This document shows positions 46,237 through 54,843 of a stretch of DNA of 64,000 bases, in pieces. Below the pieces are notes generated by a model. It ran no database searches. It was given only the letters and a program-made list of their open reading frames with translations, and was not told the origin of the DNA. The DNA is from Candidatus Spongiisociaceae bacterium (GTDB taxonomy: Bacteria; Actinomycetota; Acidimicrobiia; Spongiisociales; Spongiisociaceae), in contig CBDCOH010000002.1 of NCBI GenBank assembly GCA_965219685.1, forward strand, positions 4,256,001 to 4,320,000. The letters are read 5' to 3'. Each line of letters opens with the position of its first letter. Position 1 is the first letter of the stretch. Position numbers and translations under genes: made by a program.

Positions 46237-47408
46237 GGCGCGCTCGCGTACATTGCGGTCCGGGGATCGGCCGAGGCCGCAACGCGCTCGGCCAGCTTGC
46301 CCGACCGGCGGAGGATCTGGACGACGTACGGAACCAGATCGCCATGGTCGTCGGGGTTCACCGCGTCGCCGAACCGGTCCCGGATCAGTAGCCGGGCACG
46401 CGCCGCAAGGTCGGGATCCTCGCTGGGAGGCTCCTCCTCGTTTCTGGCCTCGTCACCCGCGTCTCCCTCGGGAGACCCACCCTTCCGGCCCCAGGTGAGC
46501 CGGAGGAGGTCGGGTCTGTCGTACTGGCGGTTCACAAGCTGCGCCCACGTTCCGGCGCCGGGGTCGATGTCGGCATATAGGATGCCCTCGCCGCGCTGGG
46601 GACCGGCCAGGATCCTGCCTCCGGGAGCGTAGATCATCGACCCAGGCTCCTCGGTCATCGCAACGAGGTTCTCCCGGAGGACCGGGTCGGCCCCGACCCG
46701 GTCGACAGCCTCCGTATCGGATGCAGCGGCCGCCGCCAGCACGTGGGCCGTGTTCTGGTAGGCAACCGCCCTCCCCGTGATCGCCACCACGTTCTGCATG
46801 ACCCCCGGAGCGTGGAAGTGGGGCGGCCACAGGGCTACGTGTACCCGGGCTCCGAGACTCCTCATCGCGTAGGTGAGAAGCGGGTTGGAGTTCTCGCCTC
46901 CCGCCAGCACGCTCACCGGTCCCCACGGTGAATCGAATACCCGGATCGACTCACCGTCCCCCGGATGGAAGAAGACTCGCTCACCCACGGCCGGCACCAG
47001 CTTTCGTCTCACCCCGAGCAGTTCGCCGTCCGGAGACACAACCATCTGGCTGTCGAACACCACGCTCACCCGAGGGTCGGGTCGCTCGACGAAACCGATG
47101 ACGACCATTGCTCCCGCGCGAGAGGCCGCCTCGCACAGGCGATCGCTCTCGGCGCCGGGGACCGTCAGGGCATTCTCCACCATTGAGGAGGCGAGTTGGC
47201 GGGAACGCCCGGAGGTCGGTGGCAGGGCATGGAACCAGATGGGATGGCCGGGAAGGGAGTTCTCACCGAAGGCGACCAGGCGGGCTCCTTCCGCTCCGGC
47301 CTCCCCGATCAGGTCGCAGGCCTTCTGCACGGACGCATCCCGATCGAGAAACACCGGGGCCACCTGCACGGCGGCCACCCGGACGGGTACTTCGGTTCCG
47401 GCAGGCAC
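46233..47408 (-). CDS. Nitrilase-family protein lacking the catalytic Cys, with a C-terminal extra domain
   Basis: VAAVQ, GE, RRKLVP, LAGGENSNP (Cys->Gly), YDRPD; start set at GTG 47408 from TACGAT 6 nt upstream (alternative 47444). Confidence 0.85.
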   Translation of the reverse strand: MPAGTEVPVRVAAVQVAPVFLDRDASVQKACDLIGEAGAEGARLVAFGENSLPGHPIWFHALPPTSGRSRQLASSMVENALTVPGAESDRLCEAASRAGAMVVIGFVERPDPRVSVVFDSQMVVSPDGELLGVRRKLVPAVGERVFFHPGDGESIRVFDSPWGPVSVLAGGENSNPLLTYAMRSLGARVHVALWPPHFHAPGVMQNVVAITGRAVAYQNTAHVLAAAAASDTEAVDRVGADPVLRENLVAMTEEPGSMIYAPGGRILAGPQRGEGILYADIDPGAGTWAQLVNRQYDRPDLLRLTWGRKGGSPEGDAGDEARNEEEPPSEDPDLAARARLLIRDRFGDAVNPDDHGDLVPYVVQILRRSGKLAERVAASADPRTAMYASAP

Positions 47409-47414
47409 GGGCTG

Positions 47415-47426
47415 ATCGTATACGAT
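47415..47426. promoter_or_regulatory. Palindrome ATCGTATACGAT = back-to-back TACGAT -10 elements (bidirectional promoter)
   Basis: Lies between the divergent nitrilase-like and LLM genes. Confidence 0.55.
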
Positions 47427-47453
47427 GCCTGTACGGATGGACACCCGGCCGCG

Positions 47454-48422
47454 ATGACGCTCAGCTTCGGTCTTCTAGTGCCACACTTCGGCCCGCACTC
47501 GACCTGGGACCGGGTGTTCGCCATCGCTCCGCGCCTGGAGGAACTGGGGTTCTCGAGCGTCTACTTCCGGGACCAACTGGGCTTCACTGGCGGAGTCTCG
47601 TTCGAGAATCCCAGTCACCACTTCGTAGATCCTTTCGTGGCCATGAGCGCCGTGGCGGCAACCACCGAGTTGACCGTGGGCATGGCGACCCTGACCCCGA
47701 TACGCCCGCCCGTTCTCCTCGCCCAGATGGTGGGATCCCTTTCCTACCTGGCTCGCGGGAAGCTGGTGCTCGGAGTCGGGTTGGGGGGCCAGCCCAACGC
47801 ATTCCGCCTGGCCGGGCTTTCGATCGATGACCGGATCGCCCTGTTCGAGGAGATGGTGACGGTCCTGCGCGCCACGTCCCATCCTGATGCCTCCCACAAC
47901 GGCTCCCTGATCGGCTTCGAAGGCCTCACTCTCGACCCGGCCCCGCCCGGGGATCTCACGCTTCTCTACTGCGGTTCCAGCCTGGCGGCTATCAAGCGGG
48001 CTGTCCGTTTCACCGATGGCTGGTTCCCCGGACGGTGTCCCCTCCGGGTGTTCGACCGCCTGCACGGAAGGCTCCGGGAGGAGGCCGGCGCCGAGGGCAA
48101 GACGATGCGGATCGCCATCGTCCCCCTGGTCTCGATCGACCGGAGCCGGGAACGGGCCCTTGCCAAGGTCAATGTCGACGGGATTCTCGAGGAGTCCCGC
48201 AGGAAGCCGGCCTGGCGCACGGACGGACCCTTCCTCACGGCGGAGGATCTGCGGGGGGCGCTGATCGCCGGGACGTCCGCCGACGTGGTGGAGGACCTCC
48301 ACGAGTTGGAACATCGCGGGATACACGAGGTGGTCCTCGACCTGCGGGAGAGGATGGAAGCTTTCGAGGAAGGCATCGAGCGTCTCGGGGCCGAGGTTCT
48401 CCCGTCTTTCGTGACCGGGTAA
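47454..48422 (+). CDS. LLM-class oxidoreductase (paralogue 2)
   Basis: FGLLVPHFG, EELGFSSVYFRDQL, DGWFPG. Confidence 0.87.
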   Translation: MTLSFGLLVPHFGPHSTWDRVFAIAPRLEELGFSSVYFRDQLGFTGGVSFENPSHHFVDPFVAMSAVAATTELTVGMATLTPIRPPVLLAQMVGSLSYLARGKLVLGVGLGGQPNAFRLAGLSIDDRIALFEEMVTVLRATSHPDASHNGSLIGFEGLTLDPAPPGDLTLLYCGSSLAAIKRAVRFTDGWFPGRCPLRVFDRLHGRLREEAGAEGKTMRIAIVPLVSIDRSRERALAKVNVDGILEESRRKPAWRTDGPFLTAEDLRGALIAGTSADVVEDLHELEHRGIHEVVLDLRERMEAFEEGIERLGAEVLPSFVTG

Positions 48423-48531
48423 ACAAGCCGGGCTGCTGGGAGGGACCTGCCGCCCACGGCCACGCAACACCAACGCCACCACGCGAGCCCTTGCACGGGG
48501 TGGCAAGAAGGGTCTTAGAACCGGTAATCAG

Positions 48532-48560
48532 TTGCACGGGTAGGTCGCGCTGTATACATT
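48532..48560 (+). promoter_or_regulatory. Sigma70 promoter of the ABC operon, with TGTATACA overlapping the -10
   Basis: TTGCAC-17 bp-TACATT. Confidence 0.6.
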
Positions 48561-48659
48561 ATGCCTAAGTCGATTGGCTACGTGCCCGATGCGGTTCGTA
48601 GCGCCGTACCACCGGTGGCGGGGCTCCTCGCTCACCGACCAGCTACGGGAGGAGTTCAG

Positions 48660-50810
48660 ATGAAATACAAGAGGCTGCTAGCGCTGGTGCTCGGGTTCGC
48701 CTTATTGGCTGCGGCCTGCGGTGGAGACGAGGAACCAGCCGCTACCACCCAGGGGACGACTGCAACGCAGGCAACCCAGGCAACCCAGCCCCCGGCCGAG
48801 GAGACGCCCGCCGAGACCTCTCCGTCGGAGGACGAGATGATGGATGCGGATTCCATGATCGCCGATATCCGGTCTCGTATCGAGGGCCAGTCGGTGGTGG
48901 TGGGGAGTTCGGGATTCCCGAACGCTTCGTTGACGGGGGCGTTCCGGACTATGGACTTCCTCCGTGACGACTTCGGTCTCGACGTCGAGTTCCGGCTGCT
49001 GGACTCGGATCCGCTGGTAGCGGCGACCATCGCCGGTGAGGTGGAGGTCGGTCAGCTTTCCCTGGCTGGTATGGCCAACGCGGTGTCGGCCGGTTCGGAC
49101 TTTGTGGCGTTCGGTGGTGACGATCAGAAGAACTCGTTCATAATCGCTGCCAAGGCGCCGGTCAGCTCGATGGAGGAGTTGCGCGGCCAGCCGGTTGCGG
49201 CCACCCAGAGCCTGAACCAGATCACCGGCCAGACCCTCCAGAAGTGCTTAGCCGACGCAGGCATGACCGTCGACGACGTGCAGCTGGTCCGCCTCGCGCA
49301 TACCGGTGAGGCAACCCAGGCGATCTCGTCAGGACAGGTTGTCGGTGGTATCTCGGCGACATGGCGTCTCACCCAGTTGACCCTCAACGAGGGCCCAGGC
49401 GCATACAACATGCTTTGTGCAGGCTGGGAGGCCGCTCCCCAGATCTCGTCGGTGTGGTACGCCGAGCGGGCCTGGGTCGAGGCCAACCCGGACATCGCAC
49501 TGGCGTTCAACATCGCTTCGCTGAAGTCCGCCCGCTGGGCACAGGAGGACAAGCAGCGGTGGATCGACTACGCGCTGTCCAAGATCGAACGGCTCACCCC
49601 CGAAGCAGCCGCCATCGACTACGACAGCCTCTTGGGCGACCTTGACATGTGGCCGGTCAACGGGTCCCTTGACCACGACCTGCTGCAGACCACCCTCGAC
49701 ACCTCGCTCGAGTTCGAAGCCATCGACCGGGCCTACACCGTCGGCGAACTCGTCACCTTCGAGTTCCAGGACAAAGCACTCGAGATCCTCGGGGTCGCCG
49801 AGCGCAACCCCGACATTTCCATGGCCGAGGAGTCCGGCGATGCGATGATGGATGCGGATGCGATGATCGCCGATATCCGGTCTCGTATCGAGGGCCAGTC
49901 GGTGGTGGTGGGGAGTTCGGGGTTCCCGAACGCTTCGTTGACGGGGGCGTTCCGGACTATGGACTTCCTGCGTGAGGAGTTCGGTCTCGACGTCGAGTTC
50001 CGGCTGCTGGACTCGGATCCGCTGGTAGCGGCGACCATCGCCGGTGAGGTGGAGGTCGGTCAGCTTTCCCTGGCTGGTATGGCCAACGCGGTGTCGGCCG
50101 GTTCGGACTTTGTGGCGTTCGGTGGTGACGATCAGAAGAACTCGTTCATAATCGCTGCCAAGGCGCCGGTCAGTTCGATGGAGGAGTTGCGGGGCCAGCC
50201 GGTTGCGGCGACCCAGAGCCTGAACCAGATCACCGGCCAGACCCTCCAGAAGTGTCTGGCGGACGTGGGCATGACCGTGGACGATGTTCAGTTGGTTCGT
50301 TTGGCGCATACGGGTGAGGCGACCCAGGCGATCTCGTCGGGGCAGGTTGTCGGTGGTATTTCGGCGACTTGGCGTCTTACGCAGTTGACGCTCAATGAGG
50401 GTGAGGGCGCATACAACATGCTGTGCGCGGGTTGGGAGTCCAATCCCCAGATCTCGTCGGTGTGGTACGCCGAGCGGGCCTGGGTGGAAGCCAACCCGGA
50501 CATGGCACTGGCGTTCAATATCGCTTCGCTGAAGTCGGCCCGCTGGGCGCGGGAGGACAAGCAGCGGTGGATCGACTATGCGCTGTCCAAGATCGAGCGC
50601 CTGACCCCTGAAGCAGCCGCCATCGACTACGACGGACTCATCCACGAGTTGGACATGTGGCCGGTCAACGGGTCTCTCGACTATGACCTGATGCAGACCA
50701 CCCTCGACACGTCCCTCGCGTTCGAAGCCGTCGACCGGGCCTACACCGTCGAGGAACTCGTCACCTTCGAGTTCCAGGACAAGGCACTGGAAATCCTCGG
50801 GCATATGTAG
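48660..50810 (+). CDS. ABC substrate-binding lipoprotein (NMT1/SsuA/TauA-like) with two tandem binding domains
   Basis: GGAGGAG RBS, lipobox LAAA-C, low-complexity linker, two roughly 320-aa near-identical domains. Confidence 0.88.
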   Translation: MKYKRLLALVLGFALLAAACGGDEEPAATTQGTTATQATQATQPPAEETPAETSPSEDEMMDADSMIADIRSRIEGQSVVVGSSGFPNASLTGAFRTMDFLRDDFGLDVEFRLLDSDPLVAATIAGEVEVGQLSLAGMANAVSAGSDFVAFGGDDQKNSFIIAAKAPVSSMEELRGQPVAATQSLNQITGQTLQKCLADAGMTVDDVQLVRLAHTGEATQAISSGQVVGGISATWRLTQLTLNEGPGAYNMLCAGWEAAPQISSVWYAERAWVEANPDIALAFNIASLKSARWAQEDKQRWIDYALSKIERLTPEAAAIDYDSLLGDLDMWPVNGSLDHDLLQTTLDTSLEFEAIDRAYTVGELVTFEFQDKALEILGVAERNPDISMAEESGDAMMDADAMIADIRSRIEGQSVVVGSSGFPNASLTGAFRTMDFLREEFGLDVEFRLLDSDPLVAATIAGEVEVGQLSLAGMANAVSAGSDFVAFGGDDQKNSFIIAAKAPVSSMEELRGQPVAATQSLNQITGQTLQKCLADVGMTVDDVQLVRLAHTGEATQAISSGQVVGGISATWRLTQLTLNEGEGAYNMLCAGWESNPQISSVWYAERAWVEANPDMALAFNIASLKSARWAREDKQRWIDYALSKIERLTPEAAAIDYDGLIHELDMWPVNGSLDYDLMQTTLDTSLAFEAVDRAYTVEELVTFEFQDKALEILGHM
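48837..50801. repeat. Internal direct duplication with 1008-bp period
   Basis: 48837-49793 vs 49845-50801. Confidence 0.92.
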
Positions 50811-50985
50811 GTAGGGCGAGGCCAGGACCCCCGAGGGATCGTCAGCTCAACGATCCTTCCGGGGGTTCCGGCGCTAGGGTTCTCGGAGGGTGCTGGACAC
50901 CCGCCGTCGGGCCACAGAAACGCGGGCGAGGGGCGGATGCCCGACCTCTTCCAGCCGCAATGATCGCACGGGGAGAAAACCGGAG

Positions 50986-51831
50986 ATGGCAGCAGTAGAG
51001 ACGCTGGGCGCCCAGGAGCGCGGTTTCACCTCCCTGGCCTCCAGAGTCGCCGGCCCCTTGATGCGTGCGCTGGAGGTCTTCCAGTCGAGTTGGACGATCC
51101 GGGTGCTCACGCTGGCAGTCATCCTCACCGGATGGGAAGTCTTCGGACGGCGTACCAGCACCGTCACGTTCGCGTCGGCAACCAGGACGCGTGACGCCCT
51201 CTGGGAGATGACCGTCAGCGGCGACTTGTGGAAGGCCTGGCGAGCTGACCTGGCCATCATGTTCACTGCCCTGGCAATCTCGGCAGTGGCCGGTATCCTG
51301 CTCGGCTTCCTGCTGGGACGCTACCGCTCGATAGACACGACTGTGGAACCGGTCTTCGTGGGTGTGTTCATGACGCCCAAGATCGCCCTGCTCCCGATCA
51401 TCGCCCTGTGGCTCGGTTACCAGTTCAATGCCAAGGTGCTCGTCGTGGTCCTGTTCAGCTTCTTCGAGGTCTTCTTCACCGTTCGTGACGGGATCAAGGT
51501 GACCAACGCCGAGTACGTGGACGTTGCGAGGTCCTACTCCATTCCCGAAGGCATGATCCTCACCAAGATCGTCGCGCCGGCCACCGCTCCCTACATCATC
51601 ACAGGGCTCCGGCTCGGCCTCCTCCACGGAATGGTCGGAGTGGTGCTGGCCGGATTCTTCCTCGAGGCGAACGGTATCGGCGGCCTCATCAGCAACCAGA
51701 CCAACGAGTTCCGGATGCATACGACTTTCGCCGCGATGCTGACCGTCATGGCGGTTGGAGTCGCCATCAACCTGAGCCTGCGCCTGCTGGAGCGCTGGGT
51801 GACACCTTGGAGTATCAAGGAGACGACATGA
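50986..51831 (+). CDS. ABC permease (SsuC/TauC-like)
   Basis: TPKIALLP, EAA-like VDVARSY, PYIITGLRLG. Confidence 0.9.
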   Translation: MAAVETLGAQERGFTSLASRVAGPLMRALEVFQSSWTIRVLTLAVILTGWEVFGRRTSTVTFASATRTRDALWEMTVSGDLWKAWRADLAIMFTALAISAVAGILLGFLLGRYRSIDTTVEPVFVGVFMTPKIALLPIIALWLGYQFNAKVLVVVLFSFFEVFFTVRDGIKVTNAEYVDVARSYSIPEGMILTKIVAPATAPYIITGLRLGLLHGMVGVVLAGFFLEANGIGGLISNQTNEFRMHTTFAAMLTVMAVGVAINLSLRLLERWVTPWSIKETT

Positions 51832-52841
51832 CCGCCCAACGTTCGCCGGAGGAATCGGGCTCGCTCCCAGGCGGAGAATCGCGGCGCCCGTTCCGGCTGA
51901 GCCGTGTGAGGGTTCTGCAGTTGAGCGGCATCGTGGTGTTCCTGGCGTTCTGGCAGGTGTTCGGAGGTCGCAAGCCTGAGTGGTATTCCCAGCCCACCAG
52001 GACGCTGACCGAGCTCTGGTATCTGCTCGGGGCCGAAGAGGTACTCCCTTACATCGAGGGGAGCTTCTGGGAGCTATTCCTCAAGTCCTTGGGAGCGCTG
52101 TTGGTGGGCATCGTGCTCTCGTTCATCGTCGGGGTGACCCTCGGCTTTCTCATCGGCCGTTACCGCGTATTCCGGGTCGCGCTCGATCCCTACCTGGCGG
52201 CTGTCTACTCGGTGCCCCGGGTGGCGTTCGTGCCGATCATGGTGGTCTGGTTCGGTATCGCGGACAGCTTTCTGGCGGTGGGGGTCGAGGTCCCCCTTTC
52301 CAGGTTCGTGATAGCCAGCGTTGTGGTGGCTTGCTCGGTCCTGATCGCATTCTCCACCGCGGCGGGAGTGCACGAGCTCATGAAGGAGTACAACGAGGTG
52401 GCCTACGCCTTCAACCTCCGGGGCGGCAAGGGGGTAGTCGAGGAATGGGTGGGAGCAATCCTGCTCATCGTCGCCTTTCTTGCCACCGCAGCCGGATGGC
52501 TCAGCCTGATACAGGGTCTGGCGCTGGTGTTCGCCACGGTCGGTCTCCTGGTAGTCCGCGACCGGCACATGTTCTGGAAGATCCTCCTACCCGGAGCCGT
52601 ACCGTTCCTGGCGACCGGTCTGCGCATCGCGGTTCAGCGCGCCCTCATCGCGGTGATAGTGGCCGAGTTCCTGATCGGTGTGCCCGGACTCGGGTTCGTG
52701 ATACGCGACGCCCGCGCCGCTTACCACACCGACCGGCTCTTCGCCATGGCCCTACTCCTGATGGTGCTGGGCGGGACCATCGTCACCATCACGAAGGCAG
52801 TGGAGTCCCGGTTGTCCTCCTGGCGGCCCAGAGCATTCTGA
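51828..52841 (+). CDS. ABC permease (SsuC/TauC-like) with insertion
   Basis: VPRVAFVP, LPGAVPFLATGLR, IVAEF...GLG. Confidence 0.88.
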   Translation: MTAQRSPEESGSLPGGESRRPFRLSRVRVLQLSGIVVFLAFWQVFGGRKPEWYSQPTRTLTELWYLLGAEEVLPYIEGSFWELFLKSLGALLVGIVLSFIVGVTLGFLIGRYRVFRVALDPYLAAVYSVPRVAFVPIMVVWFGIADSFLAVGVEVPLSRFVIASVVVACSVLIAFSTAAGVHELMKEYNEVAYAFNLRGGKGVVEEWVGAILLIVAFLATAAGWLSLIQGLALVFATVGLLVVRDRHMFWKILLPGAVPFLATGLRIAVQRALIAVIVAEFLIGVPGLGFVIRDARAAYHTDRLFAMALLLMVLGGTIVTITKAVESRLSSWRPRAF

Positions 52842-53001
52842 ACAACCAGGAACGGGGGGATCCGATGCGATCCAGATGGCACGGAAGCGGGCTTGTCTCC
52901 CCTCCCGTCGATCGATTGGGGGATCCCGCCCACCCGCTCGCCCCGGGGCGTTTGTGAGCCGGCGCCCGGATACCCATCCGCTCCGGAGACCGGAGAGGGG
53001 G

Positions 53002-54003
53002 ATGACCTTCGGGGTGCTGCTCCCGCACTTCGGTCCGCACGCCTCCCGGTCCCGCCTGATCGAAGGCGTCAAGCTCATCGAAGATTTGGGATTCGACGCG
53101 GTGTGGGCCCGCGATCACCTTCTCTGGCACCCGCACAGCCACGAGGAGCACACCGACATGACCTTCCTCGAACCCTTCACGACGCTGGTCGGGCTGGGAA
53201 CCCTGGTGGAACGGTTGGTCATCGGGACCGGCGTGATGATCCCGGTGCGCCACCCGATCCGGGTCGCCCAGCAGTACATGACCCTCTCCTATCTCACCGG
53301 CGGACGGGTCATTGCCGGCTTCGGGGCCGGTCACGGGGGTGAGTTGCGGGCCGCGGGGATCGACCCCGACCGGAAACACCAGGCCGTGCTGGAGATGATC
53401 GAGATCGTTCGCCGGCTGTGGGTAGAGAACGGGGTCACTTTCGAGGGGGAGATCTTCAGGGTTCACCACGCTTCGCTCGAGCCCAAGCTCGAGCATCCGC
53501 TGCCAATCCTCTATGGGGGCCCCTCGCGGCGGGCAGCGCGGATAGCCGCCTGCCATGCGGACGGCTGGCTGGCCGGCACCGTCCCGCTCACCACGGTCGA
53601 CGCCCGGCTCTCCTACATGCGGGAACTTCTGGGCAGCATCGACCATCTATTTCTGTCGGTCACGCCCCGCACGATTCTCGACGAGGACCGGGATCTGGCC
53701 CGCAGCCGGGTGGACGTGGAGCGGATGTCGAGAGACGGCAAGCGAAACTGGGTGACCCCACCGCGGGGCGCCTTCCGGACCCTCGAGGACATCCGGGGCG
53801 TGGTGGTGGTTGGCGACGCCCATGACGTGGCGGCCGGCGTCCTCGAGTACTACAACCGTGGGTTCGACCACTTCACGTTCGACGTGCGCAACCAGTTCGA
53901 TCGCTTCGAGGAGACCCTCGAGGCGGTCAGCGGGTCAGTGCTGCCGATCGTTCGGGCGCAGATCGCCCGGGCGGACATGCCTCAAGCAGACAGGAGGAAA
54001 TAG
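53002..54003 (+). CDS. LLM-class oxidoreductase (paralogue 3)
   Basis: FGVLLPHFG, EDLGFDAVWARDHL, DGWLAG. Confidence 0.88.
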   Translation: MTFGVLLPHFGPHASRSRLIEGVKLIEDLGFDAVWARDHLLWHPHSHEEHTDMTFLEPFTTLVGLGTLVERLVIGTGVMIPVRHPIRVAQQYMTLSYLTGGRVIAGFGAGHGGELRAAGIDPDRKHQAVLEMIEIVRRLWVENGVTFEGEIFRVHHASLEPKLEHPLPILYGGPSRRAARIAACHADGWLAGTVPLTTVDARLSYMRELLGSIDHLFLSVTPRTILDEDRDLARSRVDVERMSRDGKRNWVTPPRGAFRTLEDIRGVVVVGDAHDVAAGVLEYYNRGFDHFTFDVRNQFDRFEETLEAVSGSVLPIVRAQIARADMPQADRRK

Positions 54004-54006
54004 ACG

Positions 54007-54579
54007 ATGGGGATCGTCGATCACGGCAAGCTGAAGTCCAACTACCTGGGTGTGGTGGAGAAGTTGGCCGGCAACCACGCGGCCGGCCTTGTCCATCCCT
54101 ACGTGTCGGCCGTGACCATCGAGGACGTGAGCGTCCGATCGTCCTTCATCCAGTACGACCGGGAGTTCACCTTCTTCGGGGATGAGGCCTTCGAGCGGGG
54201 CGGGCACGAGCGAGGCCCGAGCCCCATCCGGTACTTCCTCAGCGGGATCGCCTTCTGCATGCTCGGCTGGTACGCCAAGGGCGCCGCATTCGCGGATTGC
54301 GAGGTCGAGGGTATGCGTATGAACATCACCACCCACCTCGACCTGCGCGGTGAGCACGGCTTCGAGGACAAGCCGATCCACATCCAGTGGCTGGTGTTCG
54401 ACGTCCACGTGGACAGTCCTTCCTCCGCCGAATCCGTGCTGGCCATGATCGACTGGGGCGACGCCCGGTGCCCGCTCGGCGCCTTCTCCCGGCGGGCGGT
54501 ACCCGTGTACACGGTCGTGCACCACAACGGAGCCACCATCCGGGATACGGTCCCGCGGGGGCATCGCAGCCAGGACTAG
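54007..54579 (+). CDS. OsmC/Ohr-like protein
   Basis: AGGAGG RBS; DE..GG..GPSP...FC and RCP, both Cys retained. Confidence 0.82.
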   Translation: MGIVDHGKLKSNYLGVVEKLAGNHAAGLVHPYVSAVTIEDVSVRSSFIQYDREFTFFGDEAFERGGHERGPSPIRYFLSGIAFCMLGWYAKGAAFADCEVEGMRMNITTHLDLRGEHGFEDKPIHIQWLVFDVHVDSPSSAESVLAMIDWGDARCPLGAFSRRAVPVYTVVHHNGATIRDTVPRGHRSQD

Positions 54580-54843
54580 TTGGTGATCGGTGGTTAAGTG
54601 TTGGATCGGGTCGTTTCCGGTCTCAGTCAGCGCGGCTCGGGTTCGTGGTCGCACCGACGAGGGCTCTCACGACGCGGAAGCGAGGGGATTCCGAGTCCAA
54701 GGACACGTGTAGACGAGCTGACAGATGCGTTGCGCGTGGTTGTGTGCCGATAGTACGGCGTAGCCGCTTCCGGTGAGACCCTTGGAACCGCTCGCGGGGT
54801 CGGGGCGGCCATGAGCGGGCTCCGGGCCCGGTCATGGCAGGAG

